This document shows positions 1 through 10,084 of a stretch of DNA of 64,000 nt, piece by piece. Below the pieces are notes generated by a model. It was not told the DNA's origin. It saw only the letters and a program-made list of their open reading frames with translations, and did not search any database. The stretch is from Naegleria gruberi (Eukaryota), in NCBI GenBank assembly GCA_000004985.1, contig GG738880.1. One strand, given 5' to 3'. Each line of letters starts with the position of its first letter. Position 1 is the stretch's first letter. A program made the translations under genes and the position numbers.

Positions 1-351
1 GTGTTTTGTGCAACCATCTAGACAAACTTTTCAAAGTAACAGAACAGGTACCTTGAAAAGATTACAATAACAATCAGGTGTCCTTTAACTCTTTAAAGCA
101 ACAAATCTCCTGATTGGCTGGCAGACCCTATAATTTTGAAACCATTCATTTTGCATTGTTGTTTTGCATCAAAACTCAACAACCATAAAAATTGTCCTCA
201 CAATAAACTGCTGCCCATAACAGAGTCCGACAAGAATACATGAGGAATTTGATAGAAATTTTGATAATGTTATTGATGATGAATAATTTTGCACAGAGTA
301 TTCATCATCCTAATTAATCATCATCATCATGATGGAGGAGGAATATTGAGA

Positions 352-3300
352 ATGTATGAAGCATCATCTTTGGCTTCATCGGAGGAATATAAAACGAGTA
401 GAAATATTGGAAATTATTATCCGTATAGAACAAGTATGAATATTGATGAAGTTTTAGAGTCATCATCATCAATTCAGAGGTCAACTAGAAGCAGGTCACC
501 TATGAGTGGTGGTATTCAACCAGTAGCAATGATTTATATTAATGAAAAAGTTAGTTATGACAATACATCAACATGTAACATTACTTTTCCATGTTCAAAT
601 CTTGGACAAGCTTTGGATTATTTGGCATCATTGGATGAGGAATCGAGATTGGGAATAATCATATTACAAGTGTATTTTATGAGTGATGTGACGACTTGTG
701 AGAATAGGTGGAGAAATGAATTGAATCCTACTATGGAAGTGTTTTTTTTAAACTATCCAACTAGAGAATCTAGAACATTTGATTGTAAAGGACTTAAATA
801 TTTTATTACGGATTTTGTAAACTCGAATTCTAAGTTGGGTATTAACATTTTTGAAATGAGGTTTGAAAATACATCATTTAAACATGCATTGGATATGATT
901 GGGTTCTCTGGATGTGTTTTGGATACAGTTTCTATTATTGTTGGAAAATCTTCAAAGGTGACTATTACCGACTCATTAGTTCTCAAATCAGGTATTAATT
1001 GTATAGAAGGATATTTAGAAACCTCTAATTCTGTATTTAGGAGTACTCAAATTCATGGATTTAATAACATTGGATCAGCAGTAGTACACCCAATCATAAT
1101 GCAAGATACAAAATTGTTGGAAAAATCAACACTTAGTCTCATATCATTTAGAATAACTATAAGCCAGTTTACCATTTCGGATTCTTCACTTGAAATTAAC
1201 TCAGCTCCATATATTGGAATTACTAATTTCACGGCTAGTAATTCACTTTTGAAATTTGAAGTTGTCAATAGAATGGAAATGAGCGAATTTGAAATATTCA
1301 ATAATGTGATACCAGTGCTATTCTCTGGTATAAACATACTTATAATGAATAATGGAACAATTAGAGATTGTGATGTGACTTCTGATGGTGCCCTTGCATT
1401 CAGAACTATTCTTTCAATGAATTTTCAAAAGTTAAAATTTATTAGAAATAGAAGAGGAATGTTTGCTGATAATGTTAGAACCATGTCATTGAAAAGATGT
1501 GAATTTTCACAAAATTATCAAGGAGTTAATTTACAAAACTTTGAAAATAATAGTCATGCAACATCTTCGTTTTATTTCTGCACTTTCATTGATAATTATT
1601 ATCCAGATGGTAATGGAGGTGCTGTTCAAATGATTAGTCAAGATTCTTTGCGTTTTTTTGCTTGTAAATTTGAGAATAATTATGCAAGAAATGGTGGTGC
1701 CATCTATTCAACTTCAGAGACCTCCATTGAGGCTTCTACATTCCGAAATAACAGTGCTGTATTGTACGGAGATTGCTCTGAAATTACTTGTGGAAATGGA
1801 GGCAGTTTTTACGGCAAGTCCTTTATCACATTGGAAGATGTCGAGTTTTCAGACAATAGAGCTATTAAGGGAGGTGCCTGTTTTTTCAATCATGTCACTA
1901 GATTAGACAGTTTTGGGAATCAATTGTTTCACAATAATGTTGCCTCTTTTGGAGGTGATGATATTTTCCTTCATGATACCTTTACTCAAGTTATGCCATC
2001 AGCCAAGTTTGCCCAATCAAATATTGGAAGTTTGAAATTGAAGTCAAACTATGAATCAAGCAAGAATATTTCTGTAGAGGATAGCTATTTGAAATTGTAT
2101 CCTGGACAATCTATTTCTTTCAGATTTGAACTATTTGACATGTATGGAAATCAGATTAGAAAAATACAATCTAGTCCAAGATTTGTATCCAGCAACCATG
2201 GTATTGTCGTAAAAACAGTGGTCAATTCAACAACCAATATTTCATTGAATTCATTTTCCTATGAGGTCAATGAGAAAATACCAAGTGATGATTTCCAAGT
2301 CCTCGTTTCATTTGACGAAAATTTCAAAGATTATATATTGAATATTCGACCAACTCACTGTCCATTTGGATATTCATTCAAACGACAATTTGAATCAGAG
2401 TTTAGTCAATATGCTTGTGTGAAAGAAAATTATGAGGCCATAATTGCATCATCTGTTATGGGAACGGTGCTTATTGTAATAGTATTGACTGGATGCTCAA
2501 TTGCTGCCTATTTTATTGGAACTCGTATGCATAATCTCTACAAGAGAGAACAAGCTGAAAAAAGTTTAGCCAAGAAACTCATAGATAAGCAATTTATATT
2601 TGGGGAACAGTCAGAGTTGACTGAAAGTTTATTGCACTCCAATGGAAAGGCAAAGCAGTTAAAGAGTCAATGTGATAATATGATTATTCCTCTTACAGAT
2701 ATTGAAATTATCAGCAAGATTGGAGAAGGTAGTAATGGTGTTGTGTATAAGGCTCGTTGGCATGGAACTTTTGTTGCATTGAAAACACTCAAAATTAACT
2801 CACTCTCAGAGGAAGAAAATGAAGAATTTGAACATGAAGCTGCATTATTATCAAGTTTGAAACATCCTTCTATTGTTTCATTTTATGGAATTTCAGTTGG
2901 GGTCAATGTCAAGTACATGATTGTTGAATTTATGCCGAATGGAAGTTTGGATCATTTAATTAGAGAATGTAAAAGTGGAAAGGTACATATAACTCTGCGA
3001 CAAAAGATTAATATAATTCTTGGTATTGCCAATGGATTACTCTATTTACACAATCTGAAACCTCTCTCAATCATTCACAGAGACATCAAACCTGGAAATA
3101 TTTTACTAGATCATTCATATCAGGCAAAAGTGAGCGACTTTGGATTATCCAAGCTCACTTCAAATAATGGTTCCTCAACCATGACTTCAAACTTGGGCAC
3201 TGTTCTATATATGGCACCAGAAGTAATCATGGAGGGTGAATATGACATTTCACACAAATTGGACGTCTACAGCTTTGCCATAATCATGTATGAATTATTC

Positions 3301-3639
3301 TTTGAGGAAGCTCCATTCAGTTCAGGTAGCTCCAAACTAAATAGATTTTCCAAAGATGAAAAGGAAGTGAAAAACCTATTGAGTATTCCATGGCTTGTAG
3401 CTAAGGGTGAAAGACCCAAAATTCCATTCACCACAGAGGAGGAACTATCAATGTGGATTGAGGAATTTATAAAGGATGAGAAGGATTTGAATGGTAATGT
3501 TTCACTTTTCAAAGCAGTGCAGGATTATATTGATTTGATGAAGAAGTGTTGGACACAAAATCCCTCCGAAAGACCTACCTTTGCTGAGGTTGTAATTATA
3601 CTTTCGAGAATGTTGTCAAATTATTGGAAAGGAATTTAA
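352..3639 (+). CDS. Receptor-like transmembrane Ser/Thr protein kinase with Pmp-like GGA[IV]/FxxN repeat ectodomain
   Basis: One continuous 1116-aa ORF (frame opens at TTG 289; first in-frame ATG at 352). The N-terminal ~700 aa carry repeated GGAI/GGAV/GGAC and FxxN motifs (NGGAVQM, NGGAIYSTSE..FRNNSA, GNGGSFYG, KGGACFF), typical of polymorphic-membrane-protein/beta-helix repeats. One TM helix follows (VMGTVLIVIVLTGCSIAAYFIG). The C-terminal domain is a protein kinase: glycine loop IGEGSNGVVYKA, VALK lysine, HRDIKPGNILLD catalytic loop, DFG (VSDFGLSKL), APE (YMAPEV). No obvious signal peptide at either candidate start. Confidence 0.8.
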   Translation: MYEASSLASSEEYKTSRNIGNYYPYRTSMNIDEVLESSSSIQRSTRSRSPMSGGIQPVAMIYINEKVSYDNTSTCNITFPCSNLGQALDYLASLDEESRLGIIILQVYFMSDVTTCENRWRNELNPTMEVFFLNYPTRESRTFDCKGLKYFITDFVNSNSKLGINIFEMRFENTSFKHALDMIGFSGCVLDTVSIIVGKSSKVTITDSLVLKSGINCIEGYLETSNSVFRSTQIHGFNNIGSAVVHPIIMQDTKLLEKSTLSLISFRITISQFTISDSSLEINSAPYIGITNFTASNSLLKFEVVNRMEMSEFEIFNNVIPVLFSGINILIMNNGTIRDCDVTSDGALAFRTILSMNFQKLKFIRNRRGMFADNVRTMSLKRCEFSQNYQGVNLQNFENNSHATSSFYFCTFIDNYYPDGNGGAVQMISQDSLRFFACKFENNYARNGGAIYSTSETSIEASTFRNNSAVLYGDCSEITCGNGGSFYGKSFITLEDVEFSDNRAIKGGACFFNHVTRLDSFGNQLFHNNVASFGGDDIFLHDTFTQVMPSAKFAQSNIGSLKLKSNYESSKNISVEDSYLKLYPGQSISFRFELFDMYGNQIRKIQSSPRFVSSNHGIVVKTVVNSTTNISLNSFSYEVNEKIPSDDFQVLVSFDENFKDYILNIRPTHCPFGYSFKRQFESEFSQYACVKENYEAIIASSVMGTVLIVIVLTGCSIAAYFIGTRMHNLYKREQAEKSLAKKLIDKQFIFGEQSELTESLLHSNGKAKQLKSQCDNMIIPLTDIEIISKIGEGSNGVVYKARWHGTFVALKTLKINSLSEEENEEFEHEAALLSSLKHPSIVSFYGISVGVNVKYMIVEFMPNGSLDHLIRECKSGKVHITLRQKINIILGIANGLLYLHNLKPLSIIHRDIKPGNILLDHSYQAKVSDFGLSKLTSNNGSSTMTSNLGTVLYMAPEVIMEGEYDISHKLDVYSFAIIMYELFFEEAPFSSGSSKLNRFSKDEKEVKNLLSIPWLVAKGERPKIPFTTEEELSMWIEEFIKDEKDLNGNVSLFKAVQDYIDLMKKCWTQNPSERPTFAEVVIILSRMLSNYWKGI

Positions 3640-3944
3640 GTTCCTTCTCAATATATTGTTATAAAAAATTAAATATTTAAATAATAATCACAACATTGCA
3701 ATTCCTTTGCAATTAGATCCAATTGCCGACATTCGGCTCTCTACTTCAATTCTTTTATGTGTGTGTTCCTTCCCACACAGCACAATATCCAATACTACCG
3801 GTAAGCACAATACAACAACAGCGCTGGAATAAAATAGCACAAAATAATAACAAAATAACATCACAGCAATTCTATTGTTCCCGCTCAAAAATTCTACAAT
3901 CAGAGAAAGGGCCACACTTTTTGGGCAAATATTTCATCTAATAG

Positions 3945-6900
3945 ATGCACACGACGACGAAGGTAGTAACAACGTCTTCGTTGGTGGTAGGAGGGATGCA
4001 ACAGCATGAGTCGTCAATAGCTTGCTGTAGTAATGATCAGATAGTGGTTGATGAAAATCATCAGGAACACTACAATCATCATCAGCATCATCAATATGAT
4101 ACAAATCTTGTTCTTTCCTCGGAGCATTATCAGCAACATGTACATCCTATAGTAACAACAACAATGATAAATAATCATTCATCACCAATAGCCTCCCAAA
4201 GTCATCATCACAATAATACCTCTTCATTCGAACAACAAAATAGTGCCACCACACCTGTTCATTATCAAAGTAATTGTAATAACATTCATTCGGAAGCTTT
4301 GTCTTCATCACCCAATTCATGCTCATCGACGACAACCAATAGAAAAAAGTCTATCGGATCAACTTCAACAGAACAAGTATTTGCAACTAATATAATAACA
4401 ACACCAACACGACAACAGGCTATTATTATTGCCACAAATTTTAATGAGGATGATAGCAGCTATACCCGAAGTGAGAGTAGTGACAATATTGTTGTAGATG
4501 TGGATAATATTATTGTGGATACTCTGGACCCAAGACAGCCAGTAGATGATGATAATTTATTGGCCACTACAATTCATGAATTACCTACCTCTCTAAGGAT
4601 TCCTTCATCTCATCAAATTTCAAATCTTCAAAATCAAAACATGTATACTATTCCACCAACAACTAACTCGACCGATTTTGCAACTACCATAATTGTAAAC
4701 AATTCTTCACCAAATCATCAACCAAATGAAACTACTAATCATATTATTGAGCTGGACAGATTACCAAATCCTCCAAAAAGAGCTCACCCAACTCACCCTT
4801 CAATTTATAGGCAAACCAATGAAAATTTTCTCCTTACAATTTATTCGGAATTAATCTATTGGGGAAAGGCAATAGCTGTTGGTCACAGAGATAACCCTCA
4901 CTCGAATAATGAACACTTTATCAGATCTATACCCTATCTTTCCGAATATCCTCATCACGATACAATTCCGAAACAATATCCAAGGAGTTCTACCAATTTT
5001 CATCTGTTACTTGCTGACATGCTCCATATAATATTAGGTTTTTTGGATTGTGCTTCAATATTACGATTTTCTAGGTGTACTACCTATTACTATCACATTT
5101 CACATGCTAATGCACTGTGGGATGAGTATATTTATCTCGAGTGTTATATCAAATTTTCAAAAATTACTCTACCTGAAAGATTTGCAAACCTGTACAATAC
5201 CAAACCAGAGAGAAGACGAGAGCTACTCCAAAACATTGATACTGATGAAAATGCTGATTTAGATTTTCGTCAAAAAAGGCTTTTGAATGCCATCGACAAA
5301 TTCTTGACATTCTATCAGCCCTCAAAAGAAGAATCACTCTATAACAAGTATTCTGAACTGAAAAATGAATATCAACAAAAACTAGTCATTCCTCACTCGA
5401 GAGAAATTGTAGCCATTGAAAATAGTGACCACGAAATAACCATCAGAGAGGTTGAAGAAGAAATGGACGAAGAAGAAGCAGAAGCCAACCAAAGTGCTGA
5501 TGAATCCATCAATATTGAGACAGACTATGATGAAGATATCAATCACTTTTTTGAAACTTTAAATAGTGTTTTTAGAAGAGACGAGCACAGCCAAAACTTG
5601 CAAAGTATTAGAACAACAATTTCTCGAGAGGATTCCTCAAAAAGTAATAACAGTAGTAATAGAAGGAATAGTTTCATGGTGGATGAAAGCTCCAATATTC
5701 CTGTTCCAATAATTATTAATAGAGCCTCTACTGACATGCCATCAACACCAGTTCAGATAGGCAGCAATGCCACTGCCTTTAAAACAGATCTGGTCATTCC
5801 AAATAAGCATTTCAGTATCACATCTGAACAGTTGGAGAATGTTAAAATTTGCCCACCAGAAGAAGAACAACCTCAAGTCTCCTGGTTTGTCAGGTGTAAG
5901 GAAACCATCTCACAATACTATAAGAACTTTTCAGCAGAGGCAACCACCAAGAGAAAAGCAGCATCATCTCACGTAAGACATGCTAGAAGTGCTGTCGATA
6001 GATATTATTCATCTTACTGTATTTTCAGACAAGAGAAAATAAGAAACCCATTCATTAGAAGTAGACTGATGAAGCTCTATATTAATCAAATCAAGAGACG
6101 TTACAGACCAATTACCAGATGGATCAACCATGTGAAAATGAGTTCTTGGCTCTTACTAACCATCTTTGCAGTTCTCTTATTCTTGAAATTGGATGAATAC
6201 ATTAATTGGCCATGGTTTGTTGTTTTTGCTCCAGTGCTTGGTTCCAGTTGTTTATCCATCCTGATTTCTTTATTAGTTTGGACTCCAACCATTGGTTGGC
6301 CAATTGTGCTCTATCGATGGGTTTCAGGAGATGCTGTTGGATTCTGGACAGCCTATGCCTACTGTTTAACACCCAGAGGTAGAATTGTTCAGCTTATAGT
6401 TGCAATCCTGCTGGCCCTAACACCTTGTTGTACCTTTTTCATTTCACTATTCCCCGATGTTCCCCAGTATTTACCTTGCATTATTGTGGCAGCTGCTTGT
6501 CTCATTTGGATGTACACTTGCACACAGATTATTTACAAAACCGGAAAGAGAGTCTATCCTTATTTACTTTTCCTTGTTTGGCTTGGAATGGGAATGTTTT
6601 GTGGAGCGATTATTTTGAAATTTGCCATTCCATTCTTTACAGCTAATGTAAAATGGTATTTAATTTGCTCTCCACTGTACATTGTAGTAATTTTGATTAT
6701 CAGTAAGTTTTATTCATAACTTGAAGCTAACATGTATAGTTTATCAAATCAAACTTTCCATCGATTTGAGCGCAGCCTCATCCAAGACCTGTGTGGGTCT
6801 TATATGGTCAATGACATTCTTTGGTTTCATGTCAGTAATTGTCCTCACAATGGTACTTCTTATTTTAAGAATTGATGAAATTGTGAAATGGCAGTATACC

Positions 6901-7065
6901 TTAATATTTACTCCTGGATTCTTAATTTTTCTAATTGGATTAATGTACTATTCTGTCAGGGCATTTACAAGCAAGCTTTCTCCAACCATTCTCAAAAATC
7001 CATTCTCCCTTTTCACTAATGGTATGAAAAATAATGCTGATATGGATACTTATATTTTGTAGTAG
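3945..7065 (+). CDS. Multi-pass membrane protein with His/Gln-rich N-terminus and F-box-like motif; 2 exons joined as 3945..6702 and 6740..7065
   Basis: The 924-aa ORF ends ISKFYS*, but GTAAGT at 6703 and CTAAC...TATAG ending at 6739 define a 37-nt intron. It joins in frame (phase 1) to the downstream 113-aa ORF, adding two more TM helices. The C-terminal region has ~8 predicted TM helices. The middle region has an F-box-like segment (LLADMLHIILGFLDCASILRFSRC). The N-terminus is a His/Gln/Asn-rich low-complexity region. Confidence 0.6.
3990..4300 (+). repeat. His/Gln-rich low-complexity coding tract
   Basis: HQEHYNHHQHHQYD...HYQQHVHP...SHHHNN encoded by CAT/CAA/CAG-rich DNA at the 5' end of the 3945..7065 gene. 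Confidence 0.6.
6703..6739 (+). other. Spliceosomal intron (37 nt, GTAAGT...CTAAC...TAG)
   Basis: Canonical donor GTAAGT and a yeast-like CTAAC branch point 9 nt upstream of the TAG acceptor. Removing it fuses two TM-rich ORFs in frame. Confidence 0.7.
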
Positions 7066-7187
7066 ATCCATAAACACTTTCACTTTCGAATTTGAAAGTT
7101 ATTGAATTACCAACTCTATTTTTACTTTATTAAAAAAAAAAGCCAAACATCTTCTAAGAGAATTGTTCCCTCCAATAAATACTAAGA

Positions 7188-8102
7188 ATGAATGACAGAT
7201 TCAATAGAAGAATAATGAATCATTCTGAACATTTGGAATTTTCACTCTACTCCCAAAATTTGCTAGCTGGATGTTGGTCCACTGATTTAAACGAATATTC
7301 GTATGTTGAAGAGCCAAAAGAAGAACACTTGGAATGGAGTGGAAGGGTGAAGAAATTGGTGAGGGATTTTACAATTCATCAGCCTGATATAATTTGTTTA
7401 CAAGAAGTTGAAACTCTATGTTTTGAAAAGGACATTTTGAAACCATTGCAACAAATTGATGAAAGCTATCGAGGAGTTTTAAAGAAAACACTTGGAGATT
7501 TTCCTGTAGGAGTTGGATGTATTTTTAAGGAAAACGTATTTGAACTAGTTCGATTTTTTGAAACAAGTTGTTCCATAATTCTAGTTTTGAAATTCAAAGC
7601 CAACAATTCATTGATTTATGTTACATCATGTCATTTATTTGGAGATCCTAATCAACCTTACACAAGAATCAATCAATTGAAGTCAATATTCAAGAATTTG
7701 AAAAAATATCAGAAAGGAAACCATTGTTCCACCATTATTTGTGGAGATTTCAATGCAGAACCCAATTCTGCTACCTATAATTTTGTGGTCAACTCACAAT
7801 TGAAATCAAAATCAGAGGAGAATAATGTCATTGCCACAGAGACAGATATTCAACATCAGTTTAAATTCAAAAGTGCCTACAAGGAAATTATTGGAAATGA
7901 ACCTGAGTTTACCTTCAGACCAATTGAAATTGCACTAACGTGTGATTATATTTTCTACAGTTGTGATCCTTTAGAAATTGGTGGAATCATGTCACTTTAT
8001 GAGAATGAACAAGATAGAGAAAGGATACACCAAGTGGGATTACCCAATTCAAAATATGGATCTGATCATTTAGGTCAACAAGCATACTTTTCTTTCAAGT
8101 AA
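7188..8102 (+). CDS. Endonuclease/exonuclease/phosphatase (EEP) family protein, CCR4/nocturnin-like deadenylase or phosphodiesterase
   Basis: 304-aa ORF with EEP-family catalytic motifs: IICLQEVE (catalytic Glu), CGDFNAEPNS, and the C-terminal GSDHL (SDH motif). Confidence 0.7.
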   Translation: MNDRFNRRIMNHSEHLEFSLYSQNLLAGCWSTDLNEYSYVEEPKEEHLEWSGRVKKLVRDFTIHQPDIICLQEVETLCFEKDILKPLQQIDESYRGVLKKTLGDFPVGVGCIFKENVFELVRFFETSCSIILVLKFKANNSLIYVTSCHLFGDPNQPYTRINQLKSIFKNLKKYQKGNHCSTIICGDFNAEPNSATYNFVVNSQLKSKSEENNVIATETDIQHQFKFKSAYKEIIGNEPEFTFRPIEIALTCDYIFYSCDPLEIGGIMSLYENEQDRERIHQVGLPNSKYGSDHLGQQAYFSFK

Positions 8103-8154
8103 TTCCTAGGAAACTTATCACAGCATAAGATGACCAAATAAATAACACTACCAT

Positions 8155-9873
8155 TTAATTATCAAGGATCATGAGAATTGCCTTTGGAAACAGCTTGCCT
8201 TGCTCAAGAGTAATACTATTATCATCAAAGAAGGTGTTTGGAATGGCTTTCAACCTAAATGATGAATTATTCTCCATTTCAACCATGAGCAATCTCCTGA
8301 GGTCTTCAATGGTTTTAGACTTGTGTATGGTGACAATATACTGCATTGTTGAAGACTTTAACTTGATAGTGCACAATTCCTTTGGATTCAGTAATGCAAT
8401 GCCAACATCTTGTATCTCAATGACAGAGGGATTGTCCTGAGAGGCACTTTGAGTTTCCTTAGTAATAACCTTTTCAATTTCCTCTCTGATTGGAATGACT
8501 TTTCCATTCTTTATCACTTGCTTTGGAAGTTTATCTAAAAGAGCCTTCTTATCAAGTGGGGGTTGTTCCTTTCCATTCTCTTCCACATGTTTTAAATAGT
8601 CCATTCCTCGAATGTTGTTTCCCTCATGTTCCTTCAAATAACTGCCCATTCCAACACTTCTCTCGACTTGTCTTGAAAAGTCCTCACTCGTCTTGTCTAT
8701 GATTTTTAATTTTACTCCATCTGGGTGTCTTTCCTTAAATTCATACGGGAAATATCCATCCACTGTTGTTTGGGAAAATTATCATTGCAATTATCATTCT
8801 GAATGAAAAAAACTTACAAATGTCAGTCAAGAAGGCCTTTGTAATATCCCACTTGTAAGGCTTGAATGGTCCACCCTCAACAACAATTCCATTCTTCCAA
8901 AAGGTAACTCTACAAACTGGTTTAGGTTTCAATTGTTTGATATTTCCATTCTTTGAAACTTCTACTAATTCTTCCTCGTCAATCATCTTGTTAAGTGCTT
9001 CCACTCGCTGTTCCAAAACTTTCATATTGATTCTAGATCCTAGGTCATCATCACTAAGTGGTTTAGGAGATTTGCTTCTTCGTTCCTCTGGAGGCTGAGG
9101 AGTAAATCTGGTATTTTCTGGTCGTGGTTGAGATGATGAGCTACTAGAACTTCCAACATTACTTTGCTCGGATGAAAGCGATTTGAAGGAATGTTTCAAC
9201 CCAGCATTATCCATAAACCTCACGAGAGTATCAATGGTCGATTGTTGCTTGTCCTTCTCCGCTGAAAGCAATTCCATCTTTGTTTTTTGTCTCCCAACAG
9301 TGAGTTGAAGATCCTTAATTTGTTGATCTTTGGTGGATAGCTCAGTTTTTTGTTCGGCACACAATTGCTCCATCTTCTTCAAACGAACTATTAAAGTTGA
9401 GGTAAGATCATCTGTAGCTGCTGTGCTCTCAGGTATCACCTCTGTAATAATGTCAAAATAAATTAGGTCATTAAAAACATACCGTCATCTTCACTATTTA
9501 CAAATATTGGAGGTCTTTGAATGGATGAAGAAGAATCATGAGATAACAAACTCGGTCTACTCGGAGCTATTGGCCTTAGGTTTGAACTTGGGTGGTGTAT
9601 CACTGATGGCTTCATAAATAATTTAGAATTGAGACTCTTCTTATTATTCAATACTTGAATATTATGTTTGCTGTACAATCCATTAGTGACCTTATCACCA
9701 TTGTTACTATTACTACTGTTGCTGCTTATTGCATTATTTGGAGGACCTCCCGAAGAAGAGGGACGAGAATTAGAAGCTCCCTCTCCTCCCAAATAGCCAT
9801 TATTGTTGTTATTATTGTTGATACTATTCGGCGATCTCTTCTTGATCAGCAAATTGTTGTTATCTGAGGACAT
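8155..9873 (-). CDS. p47/Shp1-like SEP-UBX domain protein (p97/Cdc48 cofactor); 3 exons: complement 9483..9873, 8818..9441, 8155..8762
   Basis: Three minus-strand ORFs join in frame through two short introns. One is GTATGT...TTACAG at plus 9442..9482 (41 nt). The other is GTAAGT...AACAG at plus 8763..8817 (55 nt). The spliced product reads ...VTFWKNGIVVEGGPFKPYKWDITKAFLTDI-L-DGYFPYEFKERHPDGVKLKIIDKTSEDF..., a recognisable SEP domain, followed by a C-terminal UBX-like domain (TIKLKSSTMQYIVTIHKSKTIEDLRRLL). The N-terminus is Asn/Ser-rich low complexity instead of a UBA domain; a coiled-coil segment precedes the SEP domain. Confidence 0.7.
8763..8817 (-). other. Spliceosomal intron (55 nt) in the SEP-UBX gene
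   Basis: Minus-strand GTAAGTTTTTTTCATTCAG...CAAACAACAG. Phase-1 join restores the SEP domain. Confidence 0.65.
9442..9482 (-). other. Spliceosomal intron (41 nt) in the SEP-UBX gene
   Basis: Minus-strand GTATGTTTTTAATGACC...ATTATTACAG. Phase-1 join of the N/S-rich first exon to the coiled-coil exon. Confidence 0.6.
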
Positions 9874-10084
9874 TATTTACAAGTAGTACTTGATTTTTCT
9901 CTTATATCTTTACAAATAGAAAGATAGGTTCTTTCCCTCTCTTAATAAAAAAACCAATATTAATAATTGATAGTGATGAACCTTATTTTGCGTTAGCCCC
10001 TCAATGCGAGTTCATGCAATTTTTTAAAAATTAGAACTTGGAAAAACGTAAACGAGAACTTGATTTTGGCGCCAAATAAATTTT

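Noticed and set aside
3688-3941. Overlapping 72-75-aa ORFs on both strands between the kinase gene and the next gene
   Set aside because: Short, mutually overlapping, and low-complexity (poly-Val/Leu or Gln-rich) translations in a 300-bp intergenic spacer. Most likely non-coding promoter or UTR sequence.
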